Under the pieces are notes generated by a model, which saw nothing but the letters and a program-made list of their open reading frames with translations, did no database searches and was not told the DNA's origin. A DNA stretch of 64,000 nucleotides from assembly GCA_963768425.1 (NCBI GenBank), contig CAVYHV010000009.1, forward strand, positions 214,882-278,881, read 5' to 3'. This document shows, piece by piece, positions 30,906-41,830 of the stretch. Made by a program: the position numbers and the translations under genes. Source of the stretch: Candidatus Bathyarchaeota archaeon (GTDB lineage Archaea > Thermoproteota > Bathyarchaeia > Bathyarchaeales > Bathycorpusculaceae). Within the stretch, counting starts at the first letter, position 1. Every line of letters starts with the position of its first letter.

Positions 30906-31043
30906 ATGGAACATTGTAAAAACCCATGGAAAGACAATTGCAAAAGCGAAAATATCAAACTCTACATCGAGTTAAAGGGCGAAAAACTGCCAATATGTCA
31001 GCAATGCTGGAACAAAATCGCTGATCAAGAAATGGAGTGGTGA
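30906..31043 (+). CDS. Small zinc-finger-like protein (45 aa)
   Basis: MEHCKNPWKDNCKSENIKLYIELKGEKLPICQQCWNKIADQEMEW; GAGGT SD; ends 4 nt before the next ORF. Confidence 0.7.
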   Translation: MEHCKNPWKDNCKSENIKLYIELKGEKLPICQQCWNKIADQEMEW

Positions 31044-31047
31044 AAAA

Positions 31048-31284
31048 GTGGAAAGCTTTAGTGTTAACAGCGCCAAATCCTACATTGGGAGAAACGTAAA
31101 TTTGCATCTGAAAGACGGCGCGGTGATAGTGAACGTGCAATTGACTGGAATCCATAAGGTTTCAGGAAAAAACCGCTTCCTTGAGTACGAATCATCTAAA
31201 AACCGGAAGAGCAGTCGAATACCCATGAGATATGTCGCTTGGGCTAAACTTCTAAACAACAACCTCATGCTGAAAGCTGTCTGA
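31048..31284 (+). CDS. Small hypothetical protein (Sm/SH3-like barrel)
   Basis: YIGRNVNLHLKDGAVIVNV pattern. Confidence 0.6.
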   Translation: MESFSVNSAKSYIGRNVNLHLKDGAVIVNVQLTGIHKVSGKNRFLEYESSKNRKSSRIPMRYVAWAKLLNNNLMLKAV

Positions 31285-31336
31285 AAAAGGCAAAAAAGGA
31301 TAAAAGGAAAAATAGAAGGACAATAATTCACAGTTT

Positions 31337-31717
31337 ATGCGTTGTTCAAACTGTGGTGTCTGCTGTACAGAAACAGAGATGCTTCTCTCCAAAAAAGACA
31401 TCGAACGCCTAGAGAATCGAGGATTCAGCAAAAACTTTTTCGCAAAAGTCGATAGCGACGGCTACGCTCAACTAAGGAACCGACAAGGCTATTGTGTATT
31501 CTACGAAGCCAAAAAACGTTTATGCACTGTTTACGCCGACAGGCCTGCAGGCTGCCGTGTATACCCTGTTATCGTCGATGAGGAAGAGGGAATTATCCTC
31601 GACGAAATCTGCCATTCAGTCGACACGATAACGGAAAAAGAAAAAAAAGTAAAGGGAAAACGTGTCATTAAGCTGCTGGAAGAAATTGATTTTGAAGCAG
31701 AACAGAGGCGTTTTTGA
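31337..31717 (+). CDS. YkgJ-family cysteine cluster protein
   Basis: CSNCGVCC...CVFY...CTVYADRPAGCRVYP. Confidence 0.9.
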   Translation: MRCSNCGVCCTETEMLLSKKDIERLENRGFSKNFFAKVDSDGYAQLRNRQGYCVFYEAKKRLCTVYADRPAGCRVYPVIVDEEEGIILDEICHSVDTITEKEKKVKGKRVIKLLEEIDFEAEQRRF

Positions 31718-31839
31718 AAAGCTGTTTTTCCACGATTTCAATGTTCTTGCATTTGCCGAAAAAAACGAAGCAGCGTAAGCCGCTTGGAGCCCCTACAACT
31801 TTAAATATGTTTGCGATGCCTTTTCAACCGTGAACATAC

Positions 31840-32838
31840 ATGCCTTGTACGGTTATTGTCGGTGCCTTTTGGGGAGATGAAGGCAAAGGAAAAATAATAT
31901 CTTATTTAGCCCTCAAAGATAACCTTGACTTCTGTGTCCGAACTGGCTCTGTGAATGCAGCTCACACAGTTTGGTTTGAAGGCAAAAAATACGCTCTACA
32001 CATGGTTCCAGCTGCGTTTCTTAACCCGAAAACCCGTTTGCTGATTGCTGCGGGAGCGAACGTCCATGTTCCAAAGTTTCTTGAGGAAGTTGAGCAGACC
32101 AAGGTCGAAGGTAGAGTCGGTGTGGATTTGAACGCTTCAATAATTGAGGAAAAACACAGTGCTCAAGACAAGGCAAGCGCCTTCAACAAGGGCATTGGAA
32201 CCACCGGTTGGGGTGTCGGTCCAGCTGTTGAAGAACGTGTCAGGCGAACAGCCAAGCTTGCCAAAGACGTCCCCGAATTGAAAGCTTACCTTGCTGACCA
32301 AGTGCAAGAAGTAAACGACGGATTAGACGAAGGCAAAAAGGTGCTTCTTGAAGGTACCCAGGGCTTTATGCTGTCACTGTTCCTAAGCGGCGGGTACCCA
32401 TATGTTACTAGGTAGAGATACGGGTGCGTCAGCCATCGCGTCAGAAGCAGGCGTAGGACCCACAAGAGTCGACGACGTCCTGATTGTGTACAAATCATTC
32501 ATAACCCGGGTTGGCGGCGGCCTTTGCCTGGAGAAATTTCCAAGGAGGAAGCGCAGAAGAAAGGCTGGTTCGAAACCGCCGCCGGTACGGGAAGAGAACG
32601 ACGGTCAGCACCTTTTGACTTCGAATTGGCTAAGAAAACGGCGAGGATAAACGGTGCCACACAAGCGGCTTTGACTAAAATCGATAGCCTCTTCCCAACA
32701 TGCAGAGGCGCCAAAAAGTACAATGCCTTGCCAGCGGAAGCCAGGGAGTTCATAAAAGAAGTTGAAGCCCGAACTGGAGTACCTGTCGCTTTGATTGGTA
32801 CTGGTCCAGGAGCCTTAGACATCGTTGACAGAAGGTAG
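31840..32838 (+). CDS. purA: Adenylosuccinate synthetase (short archaeal form); two apparent frameshifts
   Basis: [36 protein letters not shown]; shifts near 32411 and 32522. Confidence 0.92.
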
Positions 32839-32911
32839 CTGCAACTTTGCTATATCAGTGCAAATAGTTGCGGTTAAGTTTTGTATTGTTTTTGCTCTGA
32901 ATCAATTTAAT

Positions 32912-33050
32912 ATTTTTTGTTTGTGTTTTGAGTAGGATTCTTGATTTAGGGGTTGAGGCGTTTGCAAGTTGCGACTTAATTCCACTCTGATCGACCCATT
33001 GCGACTCCTAACGACCCATCCAAATCTAATTCGACTCTGATACATTCTGA
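32912..33050 (-). repeat. Dispersed element copy C: conserved block plus 10-bp-phased CGAC array
   Basis: CGAC at 32972, 32992, 33002, 33012, 33032; the reverse complement of 32912-32970 aligns to the copy B block. Confidence 0.65.
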
Positions 33051-33131
33051 ATTCTTTAGTACTAGTTTCCGAACCACATTCTCGTACTCCTTAAGAAAAA
33101 AAGAAGTGCAACCAAGCTTGTGCAAAATCGG

Positions 33132-33512
33132 CTAATGTTTAAGCACTTGTGGTTTCAGTTTTCCTTTTTCGTACTCATCTGTTTTTGACGTTTTTTCTTG
33201 TTTTAAGTCGAAATGGTCTCTTTCGACCGCCATATTGATTATTTTTTGAGAATAACATTCCGAGCAGTAATGCTTTTCTTCGATTTCGTAAATAGTTACT
33301 GACACAACACCAATGTGCTTGTTGCATTCGGCGCAGTAAACAAGTTTGTTTTCTTGACTTGTTTTTTCATCCGTTCTTCTTTCCTTTCTAGAAATGTTAT
33401 TTTCTGTTTTCAAAAATCCGTTGTCCCAACCCACTTTTTGTTTCCTCCAGACTGAGACAAGGTATTTAGCTTGTCTCACGGTAAAAAGCTTTCCGCCAAC
33501 GCCGCTTAACAA
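33132..33512 (-). CDS. Hypothetical zinc-finger protein
   Basis: CAEC...CSEC; true start probably internal. Confidence 0.45.
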   Translation of the reverse strand: MLSGVGGKLFTVRQAKYLVSVWRKQKVGWDNGFLKTENNISRKERRTDEKTSQENKLVYCAECNKHIGVVSVTIYEIEEKHYCSECYSQKIINMAVERDHFDLKQEKTSKTDEYEKGKLKPQVLKH

Positions 33513-33606
33513 ATTTTTACATCATGCGATAATTATGGAAATGCTTGGTGTGCTTCTATTCGTAATTGGTATTGTTATGGAAAAGTCTTATTAGGTCTTA
33601 AATTTC

Positions 33607-34124
33607 ATGTATGCTCAAATGAGATTTAAGCAGCTGCCCATTCTGCTAATTTTCTTGCTGATTGCTCCTCTATTCATAAATTGCGCCTTAACTACCAAAG
33701 TTCAAGCAGTGCAGGCAGCCCCAATGACACGATTTTTGGGTTGTGGAATGCAAATTGGGATGGTTCGTCTTCACTGAGCTTCGTTGCTGACATCAGCATG
33801 TGTGTAGTCACATTTCTTCAGATGTTCGGCAACAACTTGGACATAATCTACCCGGTCAGTAACGCAACCATCGAAGCTTTAGGGTTCAAAAACGTCATAT
33901 ACTGGAACGACACCGCCGTGATCCCGAACATGCCGCATATGCCGGTGGCAAACCACGCCGTAGGCTCATTTAAGCCGCCGCCGATTGCACCTATCCACAT
34001 AGATACTTCACAAACATATGATACAAATAAAATAGAGCTGTACGCGGTCGTGACAGCAATCATAGTTGGTCTCGCTATCGGCGGAGTCACCTTAGTTATT
34101 AGGAGACGTCGGCAACCCGCTTGA
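33607..34124 (+). CDS. Secreted/C-terminally anchored hypothetical protein (frameshift near 33720)
   Basis: Signal peptide MYAQMRFKQLPILLIFLL..., joined after a CCCC run to an ORF ending in TM + RRRR. Confidence 0.55.
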
Positions 34125-34145
34125 GTTTGCAGGTTCGTTTAGCCG

Positions 34146-35399
34146 CTAAGTAAAATGAGACGGCTGAACAGCTGCCTGCATAGTGGAGCAGGCGATGAAT
34201 GTTTTGTTTTCATCCACATTTAGACTTATTGATAAGTAATGTTCGTTGCTGAACCATTGATTGTTTCCTTCGCTGAGGGCTTGATTGTCTTTTGCGATAT
34301 TTTGGAAAGCTCTCAAAAACGCGTTAGCTGAGAAGCCGTCACTCCATTGGATATTCCATATGAAGAGGTAGTTGCTGTTTCCGCTGCCTTGATAATAGGT
34401 GAAGTTGTCGCCTGTCCAGCATGCTGAAATTGTTTGAGCTTCGCTTTCAGGAACCCAGCTGCCCAATAGATCTTCGATGAAGTATTCTCCATAAGTGTTG
34501 TAGTTTTGTCCGTAACTTGTCTGCTCTTGGGTCCAGTTGCTATCCGTTGGATTTGGAAGGCTTACTTGGTTAGCGGTAACGTTTTCAAAGTACAACTCTG
34601 GATTAAGTATCTGCGCTGTAGTGCTTGGAACGTATCCTTCTGAGTAAGCTCGGTTGACAGTAGGAAATCCGCCACTCTGATGCAACGCGCCAACGAAGGT
34701 TTCACCCTGGGTGTAGGGGAAGTAATCCAAATTTGAAAGCGTGTCAGGACGAACGTCGGCCAAAGTTATGATATCCGCAGGAAAATCTGGGTTAGAAGGC
34801 ATCAAGTTGGCTTGCAAATATCCTGACTTGGTTAAATTCGTATAAGTGTCAGCCATGAATGTCGCGTCGCCCTCGATGAGTGCAGTGTGCGCTTTATCCT
34901 CGTCAAAAGTAGTTGGGGCAGGAACACTTTGCTGCCAGATATGGGTCAACTCATGTACGAAAGTGGCTTCAGAGCTGGGAAGGTCCCAAGGGTTAAAGTT
35001 TTCTTTTATCACGTAGATTTTGCCTTCCCAAGTTGCCGCCACATAATTCCCTGCCCAATCAACAGTAGCTTGGTAGAGGCTGCGGTTCTGAGGAATCAAA
35101 AAGAGTCCTTGGTAGATGTTTTGCTGTATCGCTATCGCTTGTAAATTTTGTTGTGCGTAACCTTTGCCCCAAGTGTCAATTGCCCATTGTTTGGTAACTA
35201 CAATGAGTTCAACATGGGGAAGAGACCCGTTTCTGATTTGTTCCCAGGCGCCGTAAGCGTCGTTAAAGATTTTTTGAGCCTGCGCCTTGTAAGACGCCAT
35301 GCTGGGGCTCTGCTGGTTAATTACGACGAATAACGTGACTGCGACAACCGAGATAATGAGGCAAGTAGCAATAACGATGATTTTTCTTTTGAAGTTCAG
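34146..35399 (-). CDS. Membrane-anchored putative zinc metalloprotease (Hvo_1808/DUF4157-like)
   Basis: HELTH + EGDA, YFPYTQG, WTGD; in-frame N-terminal TM extending to a CTG at 35399. Confidence 0.75.
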   Translation of the reverse strand: MNFKRKIIVIATCLIISVVAVTLFVVINQQSPSMASYKAQAQKIFNDAYGAWEQIRNGSLPHVELIVVTKQWAIDTWGKGYAQQNLQAIAIQQNIYQGLFLIPQNRSLYQATVDWAGNYVAATWEGKIYVIKENFNPWDLPSSEATFVHELTHIWQQSVPAPTTFDEDKAHTALIEGDATFMADTYTNLTKSGYLQANLMPSNPDFPADIITLADVRPDTLSNLDYFPYTQGETFVGALHQSGGFPTVNRAYSEGYVPSTTAQILNPELYFENVTANQVSLPNPTDSNWTQEQTSYGQNYNTYGEYFIEDLLGSWVPESEAQTISACWTGDNFTYYQGSGNSNYLFIWNIQWSDGFSANAFLRAFQNIAKDNQALSEGNNQWFSNEHYLSISLNVDENKTFIACSTMQAAVQPSHFT

Positions 35400-35570
35400 A
35401 CAGATCCCTCTAGCCTCATAATTAGGCGTTTAGAAGCTGAGCAAAAAATAAACATTTCCCCAAATGGCAAAAACCAGTTAGCGGATTTGAAAAAACAGGA
35501 TTACGCTTACTGCATAAGGTAAATAAGAGCACCTCTCCAAATTTAGATGACGCAAAATAGCTGAAGATTC

Positions 35571-36260
35571 ATGAGCCGCAAGACAATCTACTTTTCTCAC
35601 AGCCTGCTATTCTTCGTAGTTTTAGTGGTCTTATTGAGCGCTGTGGTTGCCTTGATTTTTTTCGGTGCCGTAAGCATCGCGTTCTCAGATGTTGGATTTG
35701 CCTCACTTACTATAATGCTTCTTTTGATCTGCACCATAGTTGGAAGTTTCATTAACACTCCGCAACTTAAATTTCGAGCCACCATACCAATGATCCGTGA
35801 AGAATACGGAACTTGGTAGGGCTTTCCTATCGAATTCCCCAGGTTGAGTATGGACTAGCCATAACGGTCGTGGCCGTCAACGTCGGAGGCGCTCTTATTC
35901 CCACCGCCGTTAGCGTTTACCTTCTCAGCAAATCGTCATTCTCGTTGATTGCCCTAAGCCTGATAGGCATCTTAGCTGTTGCGTTGGTGACTCACGCAGT
36001 GGCAAGACCTGTTAAGGGTGTAGGGCTTGCTACTCCAGTTTTCATTCCGCCGATCGCTGCGGCAGTTGTATCCTTTATTCTTTCTCCTGTCGAACCCAGA
36101 AGCTTTGCTTATGTTGCCGGCACCATTGAAACACTCATAGGCGCAGACCTTTTGAACTTAAAGAAAATTCCCAAGCTTGAAACTCCAGTTGCAAGCATCG
36201 GGGAGCAGGAACATTCGACGGGGTATTTTTAAAAGGTAGTGGCCGTGCTCCTAAACCGAC
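35571..36260 (+). CDS. DUF1614 membrane protein, frameshifted
   Basis: GSFINTP, AVNVGGALIP, RPVKGVG, LIGADLLNL, and SIG(G)AGTFDGVF in a shifted frame. Confidence 0.8.
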
Positions 36261-36695
36261 TCTAAAAAAGAAAAAATTAACTGTTTTCCTGCCCAAAACA
36301 GCGTACTACGGCGTTGCCCAGGCATTTTTGCAGTTTTGCCGACTCAAACAGTGCTTTCTTTGCTTCGGCGTCTTCAGAACGCTGAGTAGACATAGTTGCA
36401 GGAGCCTTGATGTGTCCATCAAATTTCCTTTTCATTTTTTGCTTACTTCTTTACGATTAGCCTTCAGCTAAGGATCAAATGTTTTGTTTTAATTTTGCAT
36501 CTTAAGCAATAGTTGACGCCATATAAAGCCAATATTACTTTGGTTTAGACTTAAGCAAAGGTGAAGATGATATTGATTTTAAGTTTAAAAAAACGGTTTT
36601 TGAGGAAGGGAGCATTAATTTCTTGTTGGATAAAAATATGGCAAACTTTTAATAACTATAACCAAGAAGTTATTTCAACGCTTGGAGAGGCTAAC

Positions 36696-37621
36696 TTGAA
36701 AAAAACAATTGCAGTTGTGATTCTTGCAGTTTTGATTCTGGCTGCATTTCCAATTTTGTCAGTATCGAATGTTAAAGCAAGCGCTTCAGAAGCTAGAGTT
36801 TTGTCTAAAAGTTGGTACATTGCTTCTTCAAGTGGCACTTTAGCGTCAAGTGCCGGCGACTTGGTTGTAGTCGGCGAACTACAAAATGTCGGCTCAAGCT
36901 TCATACAAAACGTCACCGTAAGTGGGACTGCTTTAAACGCTAATGGAACGACGCTTGCTACTGCGCAAGGTTTCGCGTTCGTGTTCGAAACGCCACCTGG
37001 GGCAGAAGGCACCTTTTGTTATTGACTTTCCCGTTTCAAGCGCGTCAAATCCGAACTGGGCTGCTTCCGTTGCCAGTGTAACGGTAACGGTACTTTCTGT
37101 TACTGACACTGGTATAGTTCCTTATTCAGGTTTGAATGTTCCTGAGCAACCCTTTAGTTTTAACAACAGCGGAACCTACGAGACAGGAGGAACTATTGTG
37201 AACAACGGCACGGAGACAATAGGATATGTTTGGGTTGTCACAACCTTTTACAACAGTGCGGGGACAGTTGTGGGATTAAATTTCACAGATTATGTAAATA
37301 CACCAAATGCCCCTCTTCTCCCAGGTCATCCAACAAGATGGATTGCAACCCCCGTAGACAATACATTGCAGTTAACAAACGAAATAAGTAATTTCAGCTA
37401 CGTTATTGATTCGCTGCCTCTTGGAAGCTCATCACCAGAACCAAAATACTCCGACTCCCAAAGCTTCAAGCTCTCCTTCGCAGTTTCCATTGTTACCCAT
37501 AATTGTCGTAGTAGTAATCGTTGTAGTTGCTATCGTAGCTTTGATGTTGCTTAGGAAGCCAAAGGGAACGCAGTCTTCACAAACACCGCCTCCGCCGCCT
37601 CCTCCGCCACCAACCGTTTAA
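36696..37621 (+). CDS. FxLYD-like tandem Ig surface protein with C-terminal TM (two frameshifts)
   Basis: VVGELQNVG...NANGT; GTIVNNG...TFYNSAGTVVG; TM plus poly-Pro tail. Confidence 0.7.
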
Positions 37622-37733
37622 AAACTATTCCTCCTTCAGTCTTCAATTGCCAATACCTTGGACAACTCGTTAGTTACTTGTCCGTTGGAATTTTATGCCA
37701 TTTAAACAAATACCATTTAAACAGAATTTTTGG

Positions 37734-38549
37734 TTACGCCCCGAATCGGCGTTTTCGAAGTTGAAACGTTCTTATAGCTCTTAACAAGTCGATTAAACGA
37801 AAATCAGGCCAGTAAACGTCTAAGAAGAGCAGTTCGCTGTATGCTGCTTGCCAGAGCAGGAATCCGCTTAGTCGTTCTTCTCCCGAAGTACGTATGATCA
37901 TGTCTGGATCCTGCTTGTCCACCATATGAGAAGTGTAAAGATACTTTTGAAACGTGCTCTCCGTGACATCAGCTATTTCCAACTCGCCGTTCTTAACTTT
38001 CTCAGCTATGGACTTAGCAGCATCAACAATTTCCGCTCTTCCTCCGTAGGCAAAAGCAAAATTCCAAAAATAACAATCATAATCCGCTGTAGCTTTCTCA
38101 ACATCCGCGATGGCTTCTTGCAAACCTTTAGGCAGAAGATTTACCCTGCCGATAATCTTTACATGAACCTTGTCTCTGTGTATGCGCTCGTCTTTCAAGA
38201 GTTTACGGAATCTCTCCTCTGCAATCTGCATAATCTTTTCCACCTCCTCAGATTTCCGAGAAAAATTCTCAGTGGAAAATGTGTAAAGAGTGACATACTT
38301 AAGGCCAATCAAGTGGGTCCAATCCAAAAGCAGCTCAACCGTATCAGCGCCACGTCTATGACCCCACTTATCTTGCATCAGCATTGGGTCACTTTCCTGC
38401 CCGTTTGCCCACCGCCTGTTTCCGTCCAAAATTATGGCGACATGTTCAGGTTTTAATCCGCCTTTGACTTGCTGCCAAAGCCATTTCTCGTAAAGCTTGT
38501 ATGCTCCTATAAAAGAAAGCATTTTCTTAAGCATCAAGCCTGACTCCAA
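37734..38549 (-). CDS. uppS: cis-prenyltransferase (polyprenyl diphosphate synthase)
   Basis: HVAIILDGNRRWA, FSTENF, YGGRAEI, IRTSGEERLSGFLLWQ. Confidence 0.95.
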   Translation of the reverse strand: MESGLMLKKMLSFIGAYKLYEKWLWQQVKGGLKPEHVAIILDGNRRWANGQESDPMLMQDKWGHRRGADTVELLLDWTHLIGLKYVTLYTFSTENFSRKSEEVEKIMQIAEERFRKLLKDERIHRDKVHVKIIGRVNLLPKGLQEAIADVEKATADYDCYFWNFAFAYGGRAEIVDAAKSIAEKVKNGELEIADVTESTFQKYLYTSHMVDKQDPDMIIRTSGEERLSGFLLWQAAYSELLFLDVYWPDFRLIDLLRAIRTFQLRKRRFGA

Positions 38550-38661
38550 GTCTTAGGCGTTTGTTCAAACGTGTTTTTTATGAGCCGCATTACGTTTATT
38601 CCCAGATTGCACGCAATTAAATCTTGCTCTAATTCAAGGGTTGAATCTTGGCGAAACCCAT

Positions 38662-39897
38662 TCATTTAGCGCTTTCGTCCTTGTCGGGTTTTTGAAAGAA
38701 GTCTTTAGACGACCTGTTGACGATGAAGATCAAAAGCACAGACGCTATCCCAATCAGGATTCCAACAATTATCGTGTAAATGAAGACTGAGAAAATCGGG
38801 TCGTTAAGAACAGACACTGCCCCGCCGCCTGACTTGATCGGGTTATAGAGTACGTTTGCGGTTGCATCAAGGATCCATCGGAACCACGCCACTGAAACGA
38901 TTAAGCCGATGTTCCTGAGCATCTTTGAGTCTCTTTCAAAGTATAAGCGTACGCTTCGTCCGAAAAGAACTATTATTGCGCCTATCACTATCAGGGTTTC
39001 TACTCCCTTGATGAAGAAGGTGGCTATTTTCGGGGTAGCAACAAGCCAGCCTTCGACCGAAGATGGAAACGGTGCCGCGTTAATGTTGACGTTTTGCACT
39101 CCCAGGTAAACGCTTACGGCTATGCATAAGATTCCCGCGAAAATGGTGTAGTTTGAGATTTGCATGGGTAACGAAGGTGGGGTATACTCCCGTATCCATG
39201 TGTAGGCGTCTTTAGCTGACTTGTCAACGCCGAAACCTTTGATAAGCAAGAAGCCGCCAATGACAATAACTATGGCAATCCCAAAGTAGTCAATGGCGCC
39301 TGGGTAAACAAAGTTGTTGATGCCCCATAGGATGCCGAAGATAAGAACAAGCAACCCGGGCAAACCTAGCGCTATGCGGGCATAACGTGGGTTTTCGACA
39401 AGTAGTTTAACGTATTTGGTGAAGACTGCAGCGGTTTCCTCGATAGATTCGCTATGCTTTATCACTATTCGTCTAACCGAAGATACAGGCACTCTGGATT
39501 CCACGAGAGGCAAAACAGCCTCGTCAGAGTAGCCGTCTGAAACCAGAATAACCTCATTTGCGCTGAATGAATCAAGCAAGTTGTTTAGTTCAGCGACGAG
39601 TTTTCGGTCCGCGCTGACGCCGCCCAGCTCAGAGCCTGATATAGTTGCGACTTCAAAGATTTCTTCAGGCTGTTTCTCGTTCTGTAACCTATCATGGAGA
39701 CGCACTGCCTCGAACATGGCGTTTGCGTCGGGCTCTTCAGGATCTTTTAATGCTAAGGCTACGGCTCCATCCAGATTGGCTGTTCTTCCTAAAAGAGGCG
39801 TTTTCACCCCTGCTTTGACTTCTAGGTCCCCGTCTCGGTCAACACATAAAATTAGGATTCGCTTTTGCGCCTGGTCTTGCGTTTCCTTCTTTGCCAT
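38662..39897 (-). CDS. DUF373 family membrane protein
   Basis: LILCVDRDGDL, DPEEPDAN, VSDGYSDE; adjacent to uppS as in many archaea. Confidence 0.88.
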   Translation of the reverse strand: MAKKETQDQAQKRILILCVDRDGDLEVKAGVKTPLLGRTANLDGAVALALKDPEEPDANAMFEAVRLHDRLQNEKQPEEIFEVATISGSELGGVSADRKLVAELNNLLDSFSANEVILVSDGYSDEAVLPLVESRVPVSSVRRIVIKHSESIEETAAVFTKYVKLLVENPRYARIALGLPGLLVLIFGILWGINNFVYPGAIDYFGIAIVIVIGGFLLIKGFGVDKSAKDAYTWIREYTPPSLPMQISNYTIFAGILCIAVSVYLGVQNVNINAAPFPSSVEGWLVATPKIATFFIKGVETLIVIGAIIVLFGRSVRLYFERDSKMLRNIGLIVSVAWFRWILDATANVLYNPIKSGGGAVSVLNDPIFSVFIYTIIVGILIGIASVLLIFIVNRSSKDFFQKPDKDESAK

Positions 39898-39932
39898 TCT
39901 GGATTCAATCCAACTATACCTTCGTCTTAACT

Positions 39933-40895
39933 TTAATCTTGTGCTTCTGAATCCTCTTTTGAGTCATCACTCATCATGAGTTGGAATTCATCCCAGTTTA
40001 CTTTTTCGCCTTTCTGAAGCTTATCTCTTGCTTCTGCACCAATCTTTTCTTTGATTGCTTGCTCTTTTTCCTTGTTAGACTGTTGCTGTTCCTGATTGGC
40101 TTTTTCACTGAGGGCTCTTTCGGCTCTTTCTCTTGCCCTAATTTCAGCGGCAGCTTTGGCTTCCATGACCATTGCAGCTTTCACGCTGTTCAGTTGACCC
40201 ACCAGCTGACCGATTTTTTCATATATTTGGGGTATTGTCTCATCCTTTGTCTTAATGTAAAGTTGATGTTGTCCGTCAGCTTGCGCTCTGCTGATATTCA
40301 TGGCGTTTACTTTTTCAATCATTTTGGAATGAATTTCTTGGCTTTTAGAGGCTAACTCAGTTAACTCTTTATGAAGAACATCAGCTTGTTCTTCAAACGT
40401 CTTTCGCTGAGCGAGAAATTTCTTGATCTTGGTGTTTTGTGCGTCGATTTTTTTGTAGCCGCTGAGAAGTATTTCAAGTTGCTTGACGTTTTCAATTAGC
40501 CCTTTTTCTTCTTGCAAGTCAAGCGAAGTTGTTGAAATCTTCCATTCGATCGCGTCATGCTCTTCTCGCAACTCTCGTTGACTCTCGCGGGGTAAAGTCT
40601 TCTTAAGCTCAGCAATTTTTGCTCTTGCAACGTTTATTTCTTCAGTGATAGGGTCAGATTGTGTCCTGACAGAGTTTCTTTCACTTTTAAGAACCTTGAC
40701 TCTTTCGTTTATCAGGTCACGTTCAGCTTTTAAATGATTAATTTCTTCCCGAGTTTTCTTAACTCCCTCGTTCAGTTCGTTTCGTCTTTCAACGCAGTTT
40801 CTAATTTGAACGTTTGCGTTGTTAGCTTCTTCTCTGAGCTTTTGGATTTGCTGAATGATTTCTTGTTTTTGGTTAAAGTTTTGTTCGTGTGTCAC
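39933..40895 (-). CDS. Archaeal coiled-coil protein (COG1340-like)
   Basis: Long heptads, IEWKISTTSLDLQEEK, KLQKGEKVNWDEF. Confidence 0.8.
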   Translation of the reverse strand: MTHEQNFNQKQEIIQQIQKLREEANNANVQIRNCVERRNELNEGVKKTREEINHLKAERDLINERVKVLKSERNSVRTQSDPITEEINVARAKIAELKKTLPRESQRELREEHDAIEWKISTTSLDLQEEKGLIENVKQLEILLSGYKKIDAQNTKIKKFLAQRKTFEEQADVLHKELTELASKSQEIHSKMIEKVNAMNISRAQADGQHQLYIKTKDETIPQIYEKIGQLVGQLNSVKAAMVMEAKAAAEIRARERAERALSEKANQEQQQSNKEKEQAIKEKIGAEARDKLQKGEKVNWDEFQLMMSDDSKEDSEAQD

Positions 40896-41049
40896 GAGGA
40901 AGCCTCTGGTGTCTCTTGTATAATGTCGTAGTGGTGGAATTTATAACGATTATCCATAATAAACTATTCTTTTTATGGTTCATTAACGCTATTTGGCTTA
41001 TAATTTTTAAATACATGGTGCACCCATTGACAGTGTGAGATGTACTGAT

Positions 41050-41460
41050 ATGTCCTTTAATTACGATGACTTGTTAAAGAAGGCTTGCTCTCAAATGCCA
41101 GAAGTCTCCCAAAAGCATGAACGATTAGAATTACCTAGATTAATAGTTAACATGGTGGGCATGAGAACAATAATTTCGAATTTTAAAGAAGTCTCTGACG
41201 CCTTAGACCGCGACCCCCAGCATATCCTGAAGTTCCTCACAAGAGAAATGGCTACTGCCGCAACCTTCCAAGATTCAAGAGCAATTTTTCAAGGCAAATT
41301 TCAGCGGGACAGCTTCGATAGGCTCCTGCAAAGATACTTAGAAAGCTACGTTGTCTGCCCAGTTTGTAAGCGTCCAGACACTAGGGTTGTTAAGGAAAAA
41401 CGTTTATCTTTTTTGATATGTAACGCCTGCGGTGCAAAATCAGCTATAAAGCAATTGTGA
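41050..41460 (+). CDS. eif2b: Translation initiation factor aIF-2 beta
   Basis: TIISNF, LDRDPQH, ICNACGA and CPVC zinc ribbon. Confidence 0.95.
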   Translation: MSFNYDDLLKKACSQMPEVSQKHERLELPRLIVNMVGMRTIISNFKEVSDALDRDPQHILKFLTREMATAATFQDSRAIFQGKFQRDSFDRLLQRYLESYVVCPVCKRPDTRVVKEKRLSFLICNACGAKSAIKQL

Positions 41461-41470
41461 GCGGTTCTGA

Positions 41471-41767
41471 TTGGAAGTCTACGTTAATTTGAAAAAAGTC
41501 GGTAGAAACGTCCTTTTGGCAGTCTGTGACTGCGAATTGCTGGGGAAAACGCTGAGGGAAGGAAAAATTGTTTTCCACATAAAAGACGAGTTCTACAACG
41601 GCGGAAAAACAACAGTTGACGAAGCCATTGGAATGATCAACAACTCAACCATAGTGAACCTTGTAGGCAAATGCTGCGTAGAGAAAGCAATTTCCCACGG
41701 ATACGTTCACCCCGAGGCCGTCATAAAAATCGACGGCGTACCACACGCGCAAATAGTAAAACTCTAG
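41471..41767 (+). CDS. DUF424 family protein
   Basis: LLAVCDCELLGK, FYNG, IVNLVG, GVPHAQ. Confidence 0.9.
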   Translation: MEVYVNLKKVGRNVLLAVCDCELLGKTLREGKIVFHIKDEFYNGGKTTVDEAIGMINNSTIVNLVGKCCVEKAISHGYVHPEAVIKIDGVPHAQIVKL

Positions 41768-41830
41768 TCAAATCATAGTTTTCTTTTCTTTGCAGCCACT
41801 TGTTTTAACAGAACTTAGAACAAAAGCAGC